Below are positions 52,312-62,445 of a stretch of 64,000 nt of DNA, piece after piece. The notes beneath the pieces are model-generated. The model ran no database searches, had not been told where the DNA came from, and was given only the letters and a program-made list of their open reading frames with translations. The position numbers were made by a program, and so were the translations under genes. Position 1 is the stretch's first letter. The number at the start of each line of letters is the position of its first letter. Source of the DNA: Escherichia phage vB_EcoM_ESCO49; the sequence record OM386663.1. One strand, written 5' to 3'.

Positions 52312-53055
52312 TTAAATCTTCAGGATAGCTCTTAGCTTGCCCTCAAGGTCTTCAATAGTACCATTATTATGAATAATGTCACGCTCATATTTTGTAGAAA
52401 TGCCATTTTCTGAGACATGTGATGAAACTTTGTCCACATTGTCTCTTTTTACTTCAATAGTTTGGTGTGCAAATCTACTCAACCACTCAGCTTCAGAGTC
52501 AAATCTTAAATCACTGATTAAAACAACACCTTCTTGATTTCTAAGTGAGCACATTTCATAGAATCTAACCATTCGTTTTTCGAGGTCTTTAGCCCAGAAC
52601 TTGTCACCCATAACTTTACGGATAACTTCAGTGCCCCAAATCTGTTGAATTTGTCTTGATGAGAATTTATACTTTTTGCTAAACCCCAGACGTGTCAATA
52701 GAGTCGGTTTAGCAACCTTCTTAAGCTCCATGATTAATCGTCCGGTTAACTCTGACATAAGCTTAAAATCCATATGGTAACGTTCACCTTTGAAGGTGAA
52801 CTCCGTAGCTTCGGTAACTTTTAACATTAGTTCAGGATATGATAAGTCAAAAACCTGTGGAGTCTCTTTAGTTTCACCATACAGGTCATTCCAAGTCAAG
52901 TCAAATATCTTTGATGCAGATAGTTTAAGGTTGTCTGCAAAGGCCATTACTTCAACATTGTAGCCATACTCATCCTCTAAGATGTTCTTCACAATAGAAC
53001 ATGAGGTGTCTTTTCCAGAACGTGCCTTTCCAGTAAATGCAATGATTTTACTCAT
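52312..53055 (-). CDS. deoxynucleoside monophosphate kinase (T4 gp1-like)
   Basis: 247 aa; N-terminal P-loop IAFTGKARSGKDT resembles T4 gp1 (FLSGVKRSGKDT). Confidence 0.65.
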   Translation of the reverse strand: MSKIIAFTGKARSGKDTSCSIVKNILEDEYGYNVEVMAFADNLKLSASKIFDLTWNDLYGETKETPQVFDLSYPELMLKVTEATEFTFKGERYHMDFKLMSELTGRLIMELKKVAKPTLLTRLGFSKKYKFSSRQIQQIWGTEVIRKVMGDKFWAKDLEKRMVRFYEMCSLRNQEGVVLISDLRFDSEAEWLSRFAHQTIEVKRDNVDKVSSHVSENGISTKYERDIIHNNGTIEDLEGKLRAILKI

Positions 53056-53116
53056 TTTATCTCCCTTAATTACTAAAAAGCCCCCAACTAAGGAGGCTTG
53101 TAAGATTTATAAAGGC

Positions 53117-53917
53117 TTAGTGCAGTTGCTCAGCAGACTCTTTTTCAGCCATAGCTGAGAGTTGCTTCACAAAATCATCACCGAAGTTAATGCGCAGTTT
53201 CTCTTCAATGATTGAAGCACCAATGTTCACCAAAACATCATTGATTGCTTGCATACTAACACCACCAGTCATCTCCTCAATGAACTCCATACTCACACCC
53301 ATCATCTGTGAAAGTTGGATTAGTGCAACGATATTCATCATTGTAGAGATAGCTGGAATCATCAGTGCAACTTTCACCTGAAGTGGCTCTATATCAGCTA
53401 CAAAGTCATTCTCAACAGCTTCTTTCAAAGATTCTTTAGTTTGCTGGACAATCTCCTTGATTCGTGGGTTTAGTTCTTCTACACCCCAATCAAGCTTTTC
53501 ATATCGTGACAGCTTTTCTTCCATACGCTTCTCAAGAACAGCCATAACAGCACTTGTTGATGAGATAAGTGTATCAATAATGAAATCAGTGTCCTTAGTC
53601 AGCAACAGTTCCTTATCTTCGTCTGACATCCTGATATAGTCATTCTTTTGCATTTCATAAAAAATGAACTCAGCAAGTGCATCAACACCAACCGCAATAG
53701 ATGCCAGAGCAAGTGTAGTGTCTGTCAACATCATGTTAACCTGTTCTGCAAAAGCATCGTTATCAGACTTGTCTTTAGGCAGATTGTAGCTTGCAGGCAT
53801 AAACTGTTCTGTGTAGTTGTTTCCACGAAGAATCATAGCCATACTTTCTACGGCATTGATTAAGAACGCTTCGTCAATACCCTTTTCTTCAAGCATCTTT
53901 TCTACATCGATATTCAT
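53117..53917 (-). CDS. hypothetical protein
   Basis: 266-aa ORF. Confidence 0.45.
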   Translation of the reverse strand: MNIDVEKMLEEKGIDEAFLINAVESMAMILRGNNYTEQFMPASYNLPKDKSDNDAFAEQVNMMLTDTTLALASIAVGVDALAEFIFYEMQKNDYIRMSDEDKELLLTKDTDFIIDTLISSTSAVMAVLEKRMEEKLSRYEKLDWGVEELNPRIKEIVQQTKESLKEAVENDFVADIEPLQVKVALMIPAISTMMNIVALIQLSQMMGVSMEFIEEMTGGVSMQAINDVLVNIGASIIEEKLRINFGDDFVKQLSAMAEKESAEQLH

Positions 53918-53918
53918 A

Positions 53919-54341
53919 TTATTTCTCTCTCAGTTGGTTAAGTTTCTTTCTAGAACATTTTAAGTTTTCGGATGAAGAAAAGTCAAGTGTCTTTTCAGAA
54001 CGTGGATAATAGTGCCTATCCCAAGAAGTTTCAACATCATTAATCAGTGACGCTAGATTACACAGGTCTGTACCACTTTGCAACCTCTTTTTAAGAGAAT
54101 CTAGTAAAGCAACTGTGTCTTTAGCTTTACGTCTCGCTGTAGCAACATCTTTCATATGCTCAAATACAGAGCATTTTAAGTCATCTTCATAGTTTTCAGA
54201 TAACTCTATTTCATGTTGTATATCAACCATTCTCCTGTGATGGTGAGCATATTCCCGTTGAGCAGCAATGTCAAGTTCTTCCAACTTCTGCAAAGCTCTA
54301 ACAAAGTCAGCTATGTCTGGGTGAACAAACATTTTCTGCAT
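53919..54341 (-). CDS. hypothetical protein
   Basis: 140-aa ORF. Confidence 0.45.
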   Translation of the reverse strand: MQKMFVHPDIADFVRALQKLEELDIAAQREYAHHHRRMVDIQHEIELSENYEDDLKCSVFEHMKDVATARRKAKDTVALLDSLKKRLQSGTDLCNLASLINDVETSWDRHYYPRSEKTLDFSSSENLKCSRKKLNQLREK

Positions 54342-54598
54342 GTAAGCCTCTTTTAAGTAACTATTAAGTTTTAATCTTTTATCTTAACGTATTCTATACG
54401 TTATACTTTAAAGCTTTTTAAAAGCTATTAAATAATCTTTTAAGAGTTTTAAAGTATCTGTATAGTTAAACTGTTAAGTAACCTTTTAAGTAAAAACCCA
54501 CTTCGCAAAGATTAACACCTTGTCAAGTACATTGTCAACTTGCTTTTTATAATTTTTTGCAGTAATGTATGAGGTTAATGATTGTAGAGGGAGTAAAA

Positions 54599-57298
54599 AT
54601 GGAAAACGTAGATTTTAAAAACTTACATTTAGTTGGCGATACAGAAACTGATGGTTTGCTCCTTGAGTTCACTAAAGTGCACGTAATGGCTTTCGCAGAC
54701 TATAAATCTGACGATGAAGAGCCACCTGTATGGGTCTTTACAGATGAGCCTATCCTCGGTCACAAGTACACTAAGTACATCAAGGGTGGTTTGCGTGAAG
54801 GTGTTGAGTTTGCGTTAAAGGCAAAACGTCTTTGCATCCATAACGGTCTAGGTTATGACTGGTGGGTTTTCAATCACATTGCACCGGATTTATGGAACTT
54901 TGATAATCCAAAGTGTAAGCCGTGGAGTAATTTCTTTCAGGATTCTCTTATCCAGTCCCGTGTTCAGTGGATGGATAGACCAACTCCAAAGGGTTATAAA
55001 GGTGCTCATGGCTTGGCTGCATGGGGTGCTCGTGTTGGTGTTCGTAAACCAGAGATTGAGCATTGGGGTGTGTGGAATGCAGAAATCTTCACTCGTGTTG
55101 TAGAAGATATCCGTATTAACGCCAAAACTAAACGGGCACTTGATAATGAATATCTCAAGCTTAAGAAGTGTGGCATAGACACTTATGAAACCTACATGCG
55201 AGCTAAAGAAACATCTTTCTGGATGAGTCAACAAGCTATCAATGGTTGGAAAGCTGATAAAGAGCTTATGGAGTTCCATGTGAAGGAACTTGACAAGTTG
55301 ACTAATGAGCTTGCTTCAGAGGTTGAACCACATCTACCTCCAACTATTAAGACTAAAGGTAAAGTCACTGGAGAAGAGTTTGCAAAAGCTTGGAATGAGT
55401 ATGTTGAAACATTTGGTCATGCAGATGGACTGAAAAGAATTACCAAGTACCCTAAGACAAAGTATCGTCAGCAGGTACGTAACGGTGAGATGCAAACATA
55501 CGAAATCAAACCATTTGGTAAGCCAACTACAAAGATTTTTAACATTGAAAAGAGAAATTGCTATACACCAACCAACTCTGTAACTGGTGAAGAGTACAAG
55601 GAAGGTTTTGTAGCAATGAAGGATGCTCGTGCAATTTGCAATGAGTTGAATGCAAAGATTGGTAAGAAGTGCAAAGACTGGAAGCCAGTAAAAACAGTCA
55701 AAACTGTGAAGTATTATAACAGCCACGTTGTTAACCACTTTGAACTTGAGTCAAGTCGCTACACAGGTTTGATTGATGCACCATATACACCAATTGAGTT
55801 TGAAGTTTCTCGTATGACTCAGGTAGCAGTTGTTAAAGACTACTTGAAATCAGTTGGTTGGATTCCAGATGACTGGAACTACAAGAAAGACTCAGACGGT
55901 CGCCCTGTCAAAGTTTGTCGTTTCAAAGACAATAAAAAGATGATTACAAAACATCCTAAGTGGCAGGAGATGGTTGAACGGTGTGGTTTGAGTTATGTTG
56001 AACATGAAGGTGTACAGTACATTGAGCATAACTGGTCTGTGAAGAAATACACAGATTTGCTTGAACCTTGCTTAATCCGTACTTCACCAAAACTTACTGA
56101 ATCATCTTATGACACGATTGAAGGTGAGCTTGGACAGAAGATTGCGAAATACTACACTTTGATGCACAGACGCAGAACTATTGAGAACTCAAAGGATGAT
56201 GAAAAAGGTTGGTTAAACCAGATTCGTCCCGATGGTCGCCTTAGTGCTGGTGCAATGGTGTTTGGTACTTCAACTGGACGTATGACACAATATGGTATTG
56301 TAAACGTACCATCTGGTGCTGCTGTCTATGGAGCACCTATGAGGGAGGTTTGGATTTGTGAGGAAGGGACTAATGTTGTCTCTGTTGATATGAACTCAGC
56401 CCAGCTAGTTCTTCTTTGTAACTTTATGGGTGATAAAGAGTTCACTAAAGCGGTAACGCAAGGTAAAGAAGAGATTGAGTTCATTCGTCAAGAAGATGGA
56501 CGCTATTACTGTAAACATTTTGATGAGTACCTCAATCCAGAGATTGATAAGTACCTTCGCTATGACTCTGAGAATGACCTGTACGTTGTCTATTCAGGGA
56601 CTGATGCACATACACTGAACAGTATCTACTTTAGCTTGAACGATGAGCAGGACATCTTGACTTGTCGAGCTACTCAGGATGAGAACCTTCTTCATGAGAT
56701 TAGCAAAGGTCGTAAGAAAGCTAAGAATGGTATCTATGCACTGCTGTTCGGTGCAGGTGACGAGAAGTTTGCTAAGACGATTAAAGCTGCAACTACTCAG
56801 GAAGGTGCGCTAACTAAACAGACTTACTTTATTCGTTTGCCTAAAATTAAGAAGCTGTTAGATGACTTGGAAGCTGACTACAAAGCAACTAAAAAGGCAC
56901 TTGAAGAGGTATTTGGTAAGACTGCTGCAATTTCTAAAGGGGGTTTTGTAAAGGTTGCTGGAGCTTGGTTGTGGTGTAAATCTCCACATAAGTTATTGAA
57001 TTATTTGCTCATGGGTTCGGAAAGTCAGATTCAGAACGAGGCAATTAACCTTGCTTGTAGAAGAGCATGTGAAGAAGGATTGACAAAATTAAATGGACGA
57101 AAACCAGCAATCGGTGCTAGGCTTTTGCTGGCATACCACGATGAAAACAGTTGGGAATGCCCAGAAAGTATGACTCAAGAAGTTAAAGCCATAACTGACT
57201 GGATGTATGGTCAGGCATCTAAGAATTTAGGTTTGAAGAGTGAGACGCTTGTAACTGGCACAGGTAAGGTTGGTAAGAGCTGGTATGAGGTACACTAA
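54599..57298 (+). CDS. DNA polymerase, family A, with 3'-5' exonuclease domain
   Basis: Track ORF trimmed to the ATG after an AGGGAG RBS; Exo I motif GDTETDGL; polymerase motifs A (VSVDMNSAQL), B (RKKAKNGIYALLFGAG) and C (YHDENSWE). Confidence 0.85.
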   Translation: MENVDFKNLHLVGDTETDGLLLEFTKVHVMAFADYKSDDEEPPVWVFTDEPILGHKYTKYIKGGLREGVEFALKAKRLCIHNGLGYDWWVFNHIAPDLWNFDNPKCKPWSNFFQDSLIQSRVQWMDRPTPKGYKGAHGLAAWGARVGVRKPEIEHWGVWNAEIFTRVVEDIRINAKTKRALDNEYLKLKKCGIDTYETYMRAKETSFWMSQQAINGWKADKELMEFHVKELDKLTNELASEVEPHLPPTIKTKGKVTGEEFAKAWNEYVETFGHADGLKRITKYPKTKYRQQVRNGEMQTYEIKPFGKPTTKIFNIEKRNCYTPTNSVTGEEYKEGFVAMKDARAICNELNAKIGKKCKDWKPVKTVKTVKYYNSHVVNHFELESSRYTGLIDAPYTPIEFEVSRMTQVAVVKDYLKSVGWIPDDWNYKKDSDGRPVKVCRFKDNKKMITKHPKWQEMVERCGLSYVEHEGVQYIEHNWSVKKYTDLLEPCLIRTSPKLTESSYDTIEGELGQKIAKYYTLMHRRRTIENSKDDEKGWLNQIRPDGRLSAGAMVFGTSTGRMTQYGIVNVPSGAAVYGAPMREVWICEEGTNVVSVDMNSAQLVLLCNFMGDKEFTKAVTQGKEEIEFIRQEDGRYYCKHFDEYLNPEIDKYLRYDSENDLYVVYSGTDAHTLNSIYFSLNDEQDILTCRATQDENLLHEISKGRKKAKNGIYALLFGAGDEKFAKTIKAATTQEGALTKQTYFIRLPKIKKLLDDLEADYKATKKALEEVFGKTAAISKGGFVKVAGAWLWCKSPHKLLNYLLMGSESQIQNEAINLACRRACEEGLTKLNGRKPAIGARLLLAYHDENSWECPESMTQEVKAITDWMYGQASKNLGLKSETLVTGTGKVGKSWYEVH

Positions 57299-57359
57299 TT
57301 AGTATTGACAAGGTGCTCAGGGAAGAGTACCTTATACTATATCTTGTATAGGAGGGCTT

Positions 57360-57578
57360 ATGACACTTTCAGAGATTGAAGTTCAGTTGCAATGTGCTGG
57401 TTATTCTCAAAAAGAGATTGAAGGAATGTTTATTGTTCTTTGCAGTGGTTCTAGAAATTTGAAGGTAAGTCCTGAATTTCTTCGTCGAGTAGATATCTTT
57501 ATTGCTGGAGGCAAAATTGCAAAAGACAAGACAGGGTACTTAAAAGGTGAACGTGTAGACATCGAGAATTTGCTATGA
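57360..57578 (+). CDS. small protein, paralogue 1 (shared C-terminal GGKIAKD(K/R)TG.LKGER.DI motif)
   Basis: 72 aa; C-terminus IAGGKIAKDKTGYLKGERVDIENLL matches the 57766..57999 product. Confidence 0.5.
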   Translation: MTLSEIEVQLQCAGYSQKEIEGMFIVLCSGSRNLKVSPEFLRRVDIFIAGGKIAKDKTGYLKGERVDIENLL

Positions 57579-57784
57579 GCCACCGTGGAAGAACCCATGC
57601 AGCGATGATGAAAGGTGCTTCAAAGGAAACTATCAAGAATCGTAAACAGAAGTTGTTTGAGAGAATGAACAGGTTAATTGACAATTCATCTCTTTCAGGT
57701 TCTGAGAAGGTTTTCTTGAAAGGTAATCTGAAAAGCATTGCACAAGAACTTATTGACATTGAGTATTGGAGACATCAAAAATGA
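57575..57784 (+). CDS. small basic hypothetical protein
   Basis: 69-aa ORF between the two paralogues; ATGA overlaps on both sides. Confidence 0.4.
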   Translation: MSHRGRTHAAMMKGASKETIKNRKQKLFERMNRLIDNSSLSGSEKVFLKGNLKSIAQELIDIEYWRHQK

Positions 57785-57999
57785 CACTTGCAGACGTTAT
57801 TCAGCAACTTCACGACAATTGCTACACTCCAGAGATGATTCAGGAGATGCCCATTGTAGTGATGCCTAGTAAGTTTGTAAAAGCTTTTAATGGTGATGCT
57901 TTAAGGTCTGCGCATATCCTTATTGTTGACGGTAAGATTGCAAGAGACCGTACAGGAGTCCTTAAGGGTGAACGTATTGATATTCTGGAGTTGATATGA
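57766..57999 (+). CDS. small protein, paralogue 2
   Basis: 77 aa; C-terminus VDGKIARDRTGVLKGERIDILELI. Confidence 0.5.
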   Translation: METSKMTLADVIQQLHDNCYTPEMIQEMPIVVMPSKFVKAFNGDALRSAHILIVDGKIARDRTGVLKGERIDILELI

Positions 58000-58265
58000 A
58001 TAGACTGTATAGTCTCTGGAGAAGTATTATGTGGAAAGCAGTAATTGCACTTGGTGTTATTTTTCTATCTGGCTGCAATCCTTCTTATGAAGATAAAAAT
58101 GCTTCTTACAGTCTCCCACCAGAGATGCAAGATTGCATAGTCTATGAGTTATATGGTGATACTACAAGTAGAGATATTGTTGTTGTAAGATGTCCAAACT
58201 CTCAAACAACAACATCTTATAGCTATGGCAAAAATGGCCAATCACATACTACGGTTATTGAGTGA
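57996..58265 (+). CDS. putative lipoprotein
   Basis: 89 aa; signal peptide with lipobox FLSGC. Confidence 0.45.
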   Translation: MNRLYSLWRSIMWKAVIALGVIFLSGCNPSYEDKNASYSLPPEMQDCIVYELYGDTTSRDIVVVRCPNSQTTTSYSYGKNGQSHTTVIE

Positions 58266-58272
58266 GGTTTTC

Positions 58273-58482
58273 ACGATGGAAGTCCTAGTAAACTATATCT
58301 ATCGTTATGATGTTGTTCACTCCACTACAACCATAGCTCAACGTAATCCAATCGTCCCACGAGAAGGTGAGTTTGTTCGCATTGAGGGTTGGACTTACAC
58401 TGTGGAAAGCATCATTCATAAGTTTGATGTTGCTGGCGATGTTCAAGTTATCGACGTAGAAATTGGTAGTAAGAGAAAATGA
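58273..58482 (+). CDS. small hypothetical protein
   Basis: Track ORF 58225..58482 trimmed to the ATG after a GAGG RBS. Confidence 0.35.
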   Translation, partial: TMEVLVNYIYRYDVVHSTTTIAQRNPIVPREGEFVRIEGWTYTVESIIHKFDVAGDVQVIDVEIGSKRK

Positions 58483-59579
58483 CAACACTGTACAAACAAA
58501 ATAAAGATGGCTCTTTCAACGTCTGGTCATGTACTGCTGTAGGTGATAAAGTTATTACAACCTACGGTAAAGAAAATGGCAAGATGATGTTTGAAGAGTA
58601 TACAGCAGAACCTAAAAACATCGGTAAAAAGAATGAGCGTAACGCTGAACAGCAAGCTCTCTTTGAAGTTGCTGCTAAGTATAAAAAGCAAGTTGACCGT
58701 AAAGGGTATGCTTACACAAAAGAGTCTGCACAGAATACTGAAAAGGTAGGTGTACAGCTTGCTCATGATGCTGCAAAGGTTAGTCATGCAAAGTATCTGA
58801 AGTTCCCTGCTGATGCCCAACCAAAACTTGATGGTGTCCGTTGTAGAATTTCAAGAGATGCTGATTCAGTCAGTTTCACAGCTTATTCTCGTGAGAATAC
58901 TGTTTACAACGTTCCAGCAGAACTAATTCCAGATTTGCTTTTGTTGCTTAAATTACATCCACAAGTTGAAGACTTTGATGGTGAGATTTATGCTCATGGT
59001 TGGGACTTAGAAGATATTGTGTCTATGGTTAAGAATGCTGACAATCCAGACCGTCACCTGCTTAAATTCTACTGGTATGATATCTGTGACAATTCAAAAT
59101 CTTGGCCTGAGCGTCGTGAAGTTATTGATAACTCACCCATTGTTGAACTTGGGGATACCTGTAGAGTTGTTCCTGTACAGACTGTCCGTGTAAATTCTTG
59201 GGAAGAGTTTGATGAAGCTCACGATAAGTGGGTTGAAGCTAAGTTTGAAGGTGCAATGTACCGTTCAATCTCTGAAGACTCCTTCTATGAGTGTTGTCAC
59301 CGTTCATACTTCTTGATTAAGCACAAGAAGATGCACACTGAAGAGTTTAAAGTGACTGGTGTCAAGACCGATAAGCGTGGTCATGGTAAGTTCGTTGTAG
59401 AGACTCTTCCTAACGTCTTTGTAGATGTCTCATGGAAGACTACTCATGAGAAGAAACAGTATCTTGCTGAACATCCTGAAGAGTTTATCGGGAAACCTTT
59501 AACGGTTCAGTTCCAGAAGATGACTCGTAAGGGTTCTTTACAGTTTCCTGTTGGCCTCGTTATTCGAGATTATGAATAA
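58479..59579 (+). CDS. ATP-dependent DNA ligase
   Basis: 366 aa; adenylation motif I KLDGVR in AQPKLDGVRCRI; T7-ligase-like size. Confidence 0.75.
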   Translation: MTTLYKQNKDGSFNVWSCTAVGDKVITTYGKENGKMMFEEYTAEPKNIGKKNERNAEQQALFEVAAKYKKQVDRKGYAYTKESAQNTEKVGVQLAHDAAKVSHAKYLKFPADAQPKLDGVRCRISRDADSVSFTAYSRENTVYNVPAELIPDLLLLLKLHPQVEDFDGEIYAHGWDLEDIVSMVKNADNPDRHLLKFYWYDICDNSKSWPERREVIDNSPIVELGDTCRVVPVQTVRVNSWEEFDEAHDKWVEAKFEGAMYRSISEDSFYECCHRSYFLIKHKKMHTEEFKVTGVKTDKRGHGKFVVETLPNVFVDVSWKTTHEKKQYLAEHPEEFIGKPLTVQFQKMTRKGSLQFPVGLVIRDYE

Positions 59580-59861
59580 AAGTTGTTGACATAAAAAATT
59601 TGGTGAGTATACTGAGCAGCATAAACCAACGGGTACTCACCAGCATCACTTAAGAGTCTTTTAAGAGGGTTTTTAAGTGATGTCCAGTGTTGTATGGTTT
59701 GGTATGGTTTGGTAAGGTAGGGTTTGGTAAAGTATGGAAGGATGGCAGTAGCCTTATAAAAAATCTGCCAAGTAAGCTATAAAATCTGTTGACAAGTCAG
59801 GTGTTATAGCTTATTTTTATACTCAATGTAATACAAAATTTAATATAACTTTGAGGTCATT

Positions 59862-60245
59862 ATGAAAAAGATTTTATTAGCTGCTGCAATGGTTATGGCA
59901 ATGAATTTACCAGTCAATGCAACAGAACTTCCAAATGTGAACTTATCAGGTGTTCCAGAAGACACTTGCCAGATTGTTAAAGGTGTTGCTCTATATAAAG
60001 GTGAGCTACTTAAACCAATCTCTGAAGAGTCTTTAACAGAGATGACTGATAAGGTGACTGACTACCAGTATCGCGTTCTTGCAGAGTATTTCCTGCAATC
60101 TGCAAATATTAAAGAGAAACACCATGATGATATTGATGTACAGGTTATGCTCAATCATCGTATCCAGTTTAAAGAAGATTTGATGCAAAAAGCTATGTAT
60201 GGTGTTGAGTATTTCTTAGAAAACAGAAGCTGCACAGGTATTTGA
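59862..60245 (+). CDS. secreted hypothetical protein
   Basis: 127 aa; N-terminal signal peptide MKKILLAAAMVMAMNLPVNA. Confidence 0.45.
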   Translation: MKKILLAAAMVMAMNLPVNATELPNVNLSGVPEDTCQIVKGVALYKGELLKPISEESLTEMTDKVTDYQYRVLAEYFLQSANIKEKHHDDIDVQVMLNHRIQFKEDLMQKAMYGVEYFLENRSCTGI

Positions 60246-60246
60246 T

Positions 60247-60459
60247 ATGGCTCTTAAAAAGTTACATCCCAGAAGCGGTTATGGTAAGATAATTGACGAT
60301 ACAGACGGCTTTACAGTCTTTACAGTTATCTGTCAAGATGATTCACAGATTGAAAAGACTCTTGATGATTATCTTAACGATGAACGTGAAAAGGTTAGGG
60401 CTACAAACATAGACTCACTGATTGACACTTCACGCAAACGGAAGAAGAAAGATGAATGA
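60247..60459 (+). CDS. hypothetical protein
   Basis: 70-aa ORF. Confidence 0.4.
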   Translation: MALKKLHPRSGYGKIIDDTDGFTVFTVICQDDSQIEKTLDDYLNDEREKVRATNIDSLIDTSRKRKKKDE

Positions 60460-60751
60460 GGTTTTTGACCCTTATGCCCCACAAGATGATTGGGAGGCTG
60501 ATAGAGAGGCTGAAATGGAGAGTTATATTTGTCCAATGGATGTAGACGAAATGAGAGACTTCGTTGCACATCGTTTTAAGAGAGAGATTAAATCCAGAGG
60601 TCTTTCTCAAGAGCAAGTTGCTAAAATTTGTGGTATCTCTCAGGCTCGTGTATCCAACATAATCCATCTCACTGGTAACGTCTCCCTTGAGTATATGTTG
60701 GAAGTGTGTGAAAAATTTGGTGTTAATTTCAATTTAAGGTTGGCAGATTAA
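60422..60751 (+). CDS. HTH (XRE-like) DNA-binding protein
   Basis: 109 aa; helix-turn-helix LSQEQVAKICGISQARVSNIIH. Confidence 0.55.
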   Translation: MTLHANGRRKMNEVFDPYAPQDDWEADREAEMESYICPMDVDEMRDFVAHRFKREIKSRGLSQEQVAKICGISQARVSNIIHLTGNVSLEYMLEVCEKFGVNFNLRLAD

Positions 60752-60752
60752 T

Positions 60753-61112
60753 ATGAAACGTGAAAACATTATCTACTCTGAAAACTTCGCATTAGGCTTT
60801 TACGGTGCACCTACTCACCTTGAAAAGTATTATGGTGTAAAGATTCTTTCCAATCTCATTATGGCTTACAAAGATGGTAAGATTAAGCACACTGAGAAGA
60901 AACGTGTCATGGGTTATATGGCTGTAGGTTCAGCAATCTCGAACATTAAGCTGGAAACAACTAGCAGTCAGATTGTGAAAGACCACTTCATCAAAGAGCT
61001 TTACCAGAATCTTGATGGTGTAGATGTTCAGGCTGTTTGGCTGGATGTTGATGGTCATAACTACACAAGTTTTGTTTTCAAAAACGATGACATTAAGTGC
61101 TTGTTCCCATAA
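60753..61112 (+). CDS. hypothetical protein
   Basis: 119-aa ORF. Confidence 0.45.
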   Translation: MKRENIIYSENFALGFYGAPTHLEKYYGVKILSNLIMAYKDGKIKHTEKKRVMGYMAVGSAISNIKLETTSSQIVKDHFIKELYQNLDGVDVQAVWLDVDGHNYTSFVFKNDDIKCLFP

Positions 61113-61125
61113 TAGGTGATTAGCT

Positions 61126-61641
61126 ATGATTGATATCTTCTTACAAGATGCTCATGCAGATTTCCTTAAAGAGATGCTTAAAAAGTTTATGGCTTCACAG
61201 TATGAGAATGAAACATCTTTTAAAATAGTTACATGTGGCGATGAAGCTGGTTTTGTTGAGATTGAACATGAAGGTACTGGAAAGACTGTTTGTAAGCTAC
61301 CTGATAGTATGTTCTCTAACACATTCTTAACAAAGACTAGTATAAATGTTAAGCTTGTACCGCAGATTGAAACATACTCTGGTACAGATTACCCTAAAGG
61401 TTTCAAGTCACTGATGAAGTATTTCTTAGATGACTTTGTGAGTAATCTTATGAGGGAGGTAAAAGAAAGTCGTACAGTGTTAACTGTAGAGAATATGGGA
61501 GGCACTATAAGGGTTACTTCTGACTGTTTTGTTATGAACCTCTTCGACTTCGTTCCTAAGAACTTTGATGGAATTCTGGATGAAGAAGATGACTGTGTAG
61601 ACTTTATATTGGTTCTTGAACCAGTTTTTGAGGTTAAATAG
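61126..61641 (+). CDS. hypothetical protein
   Basis: 171-aa ORF. Confidence 0.45.
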   Translation: MIDIFLQDAHADFLKEMLKKFMASQYENETSFKIVTCGDEAGFVEIEHEGTGKTVCKLPDSMFSNTFLTKTSINVKLVPQIETYSGTDYPKGFKSLMKYFLDDFVSNLMREVKESRTVLTVENMGGTIRVTSDCFVMNLFDFVPKNFDGILDEEDDCVDFILVLEPVFEVK

Positions 61642-61902
61642 ATGAAAATTGAACACTGCTATGGGTCTGACGGAACACCTATCCGATGTCCACATTGTGG
61701 GTGTACAGACTTACAAGGTGAGGTAAGTGAAATAGTCAACGGTCATATTGCTGAAGAGAGTACAAGGTGTACAGGATGTAATGAAATCATTGCTTTCTGG
61801 GCTTATGGTTCATACCAACCTACACCACACTTAATCTACCATAGCAATAAAGCTGTGAAGAATGTTATCAACTGGTTTATTAAGAAAGGATTTACAAAAT
61901 GA
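61642..61902 (+). CDS. small zinc-ribbon protein
   Basis: 86 aa; CPHCGC ... CTGC cysteine pairs. Confidence 0.4.
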   Translation: MKIEHCYGSDGTPIRCPHCGCTDLQGEVSEIVNGHIAEESTRCTGCNEIIAFWAYGSYQPTPHLIYHSNKAVKNVINWFIKKGFTK

Positions 61903-62444
61903 TTAAATTAATCTTTGCAAGTGGTGAAAATGGAGAGTTTGGTACTCCAACTGGTATGCCGTGGCCTCGACATAAGCAAGATATGCAAGAGTTTAAGAGA
62001 CTCACTAAAGACAACTTAGTAGTTATGGGTAATGAGACTTTTAAGACTCTAGGTAGTAAGCCTTTACCAGAACGTGAAAATCTTATCTTAACAAACTCTG
62101 TTCCATATTTGGGTATAGACTTTGACAAAGACGATGTAATGTATGCTAAGGCTAGTAAAGAGTCCTTTGGAGCATTTTTGAAGTATCTTGATAGCTCTAT
62201 TGATGAAGATGTCTTTGTAATTGGTGGTGCAGGTGTTCTTGTCGATGCTTTGCCGTATGCTGGTGTAGTTTTCCATACAGTTTTCCATAAAGTTACTGAA
62301 GAGGCCACTGTGTATTTACCTTTTGAAAACTTCTTCGATAAACTGTATGATAGCCGTGTATTTGCAAAGGTGCAGTCAAGACCCTCAGATGATGGTAAAG
62401 CAACCTTTGAGATTTATGTTCCACAAGTAAAAGGACACTTTTGA
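61899..62444 (+). CDS. frd: dihydrofolate reductase
   Basis: 181 aa; DHFR N-terminus LIFASGENGEFGTPTGMPW and NADPH-binding GGAGVL; directly upstream of thymidylate synthase. Confidence 0.75.
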   Translation: MIKLIFASGENGEFGTPTGMPWPRHKQDMQEFKRLTKDNLVVMGNETFKTLGSKPLPERENLILTNSVPYLGIDFDKDDVMYAKASKESFGAFLKYLDSSIDEDVFVIGGAGVLVDALPYAGVVFHTVFHKVTEEATVYLPFENFFDKLYDSRVFAKVQSRPSDDGKATFEIYVPQVKGHF

Positions 62445-62445
62445 T

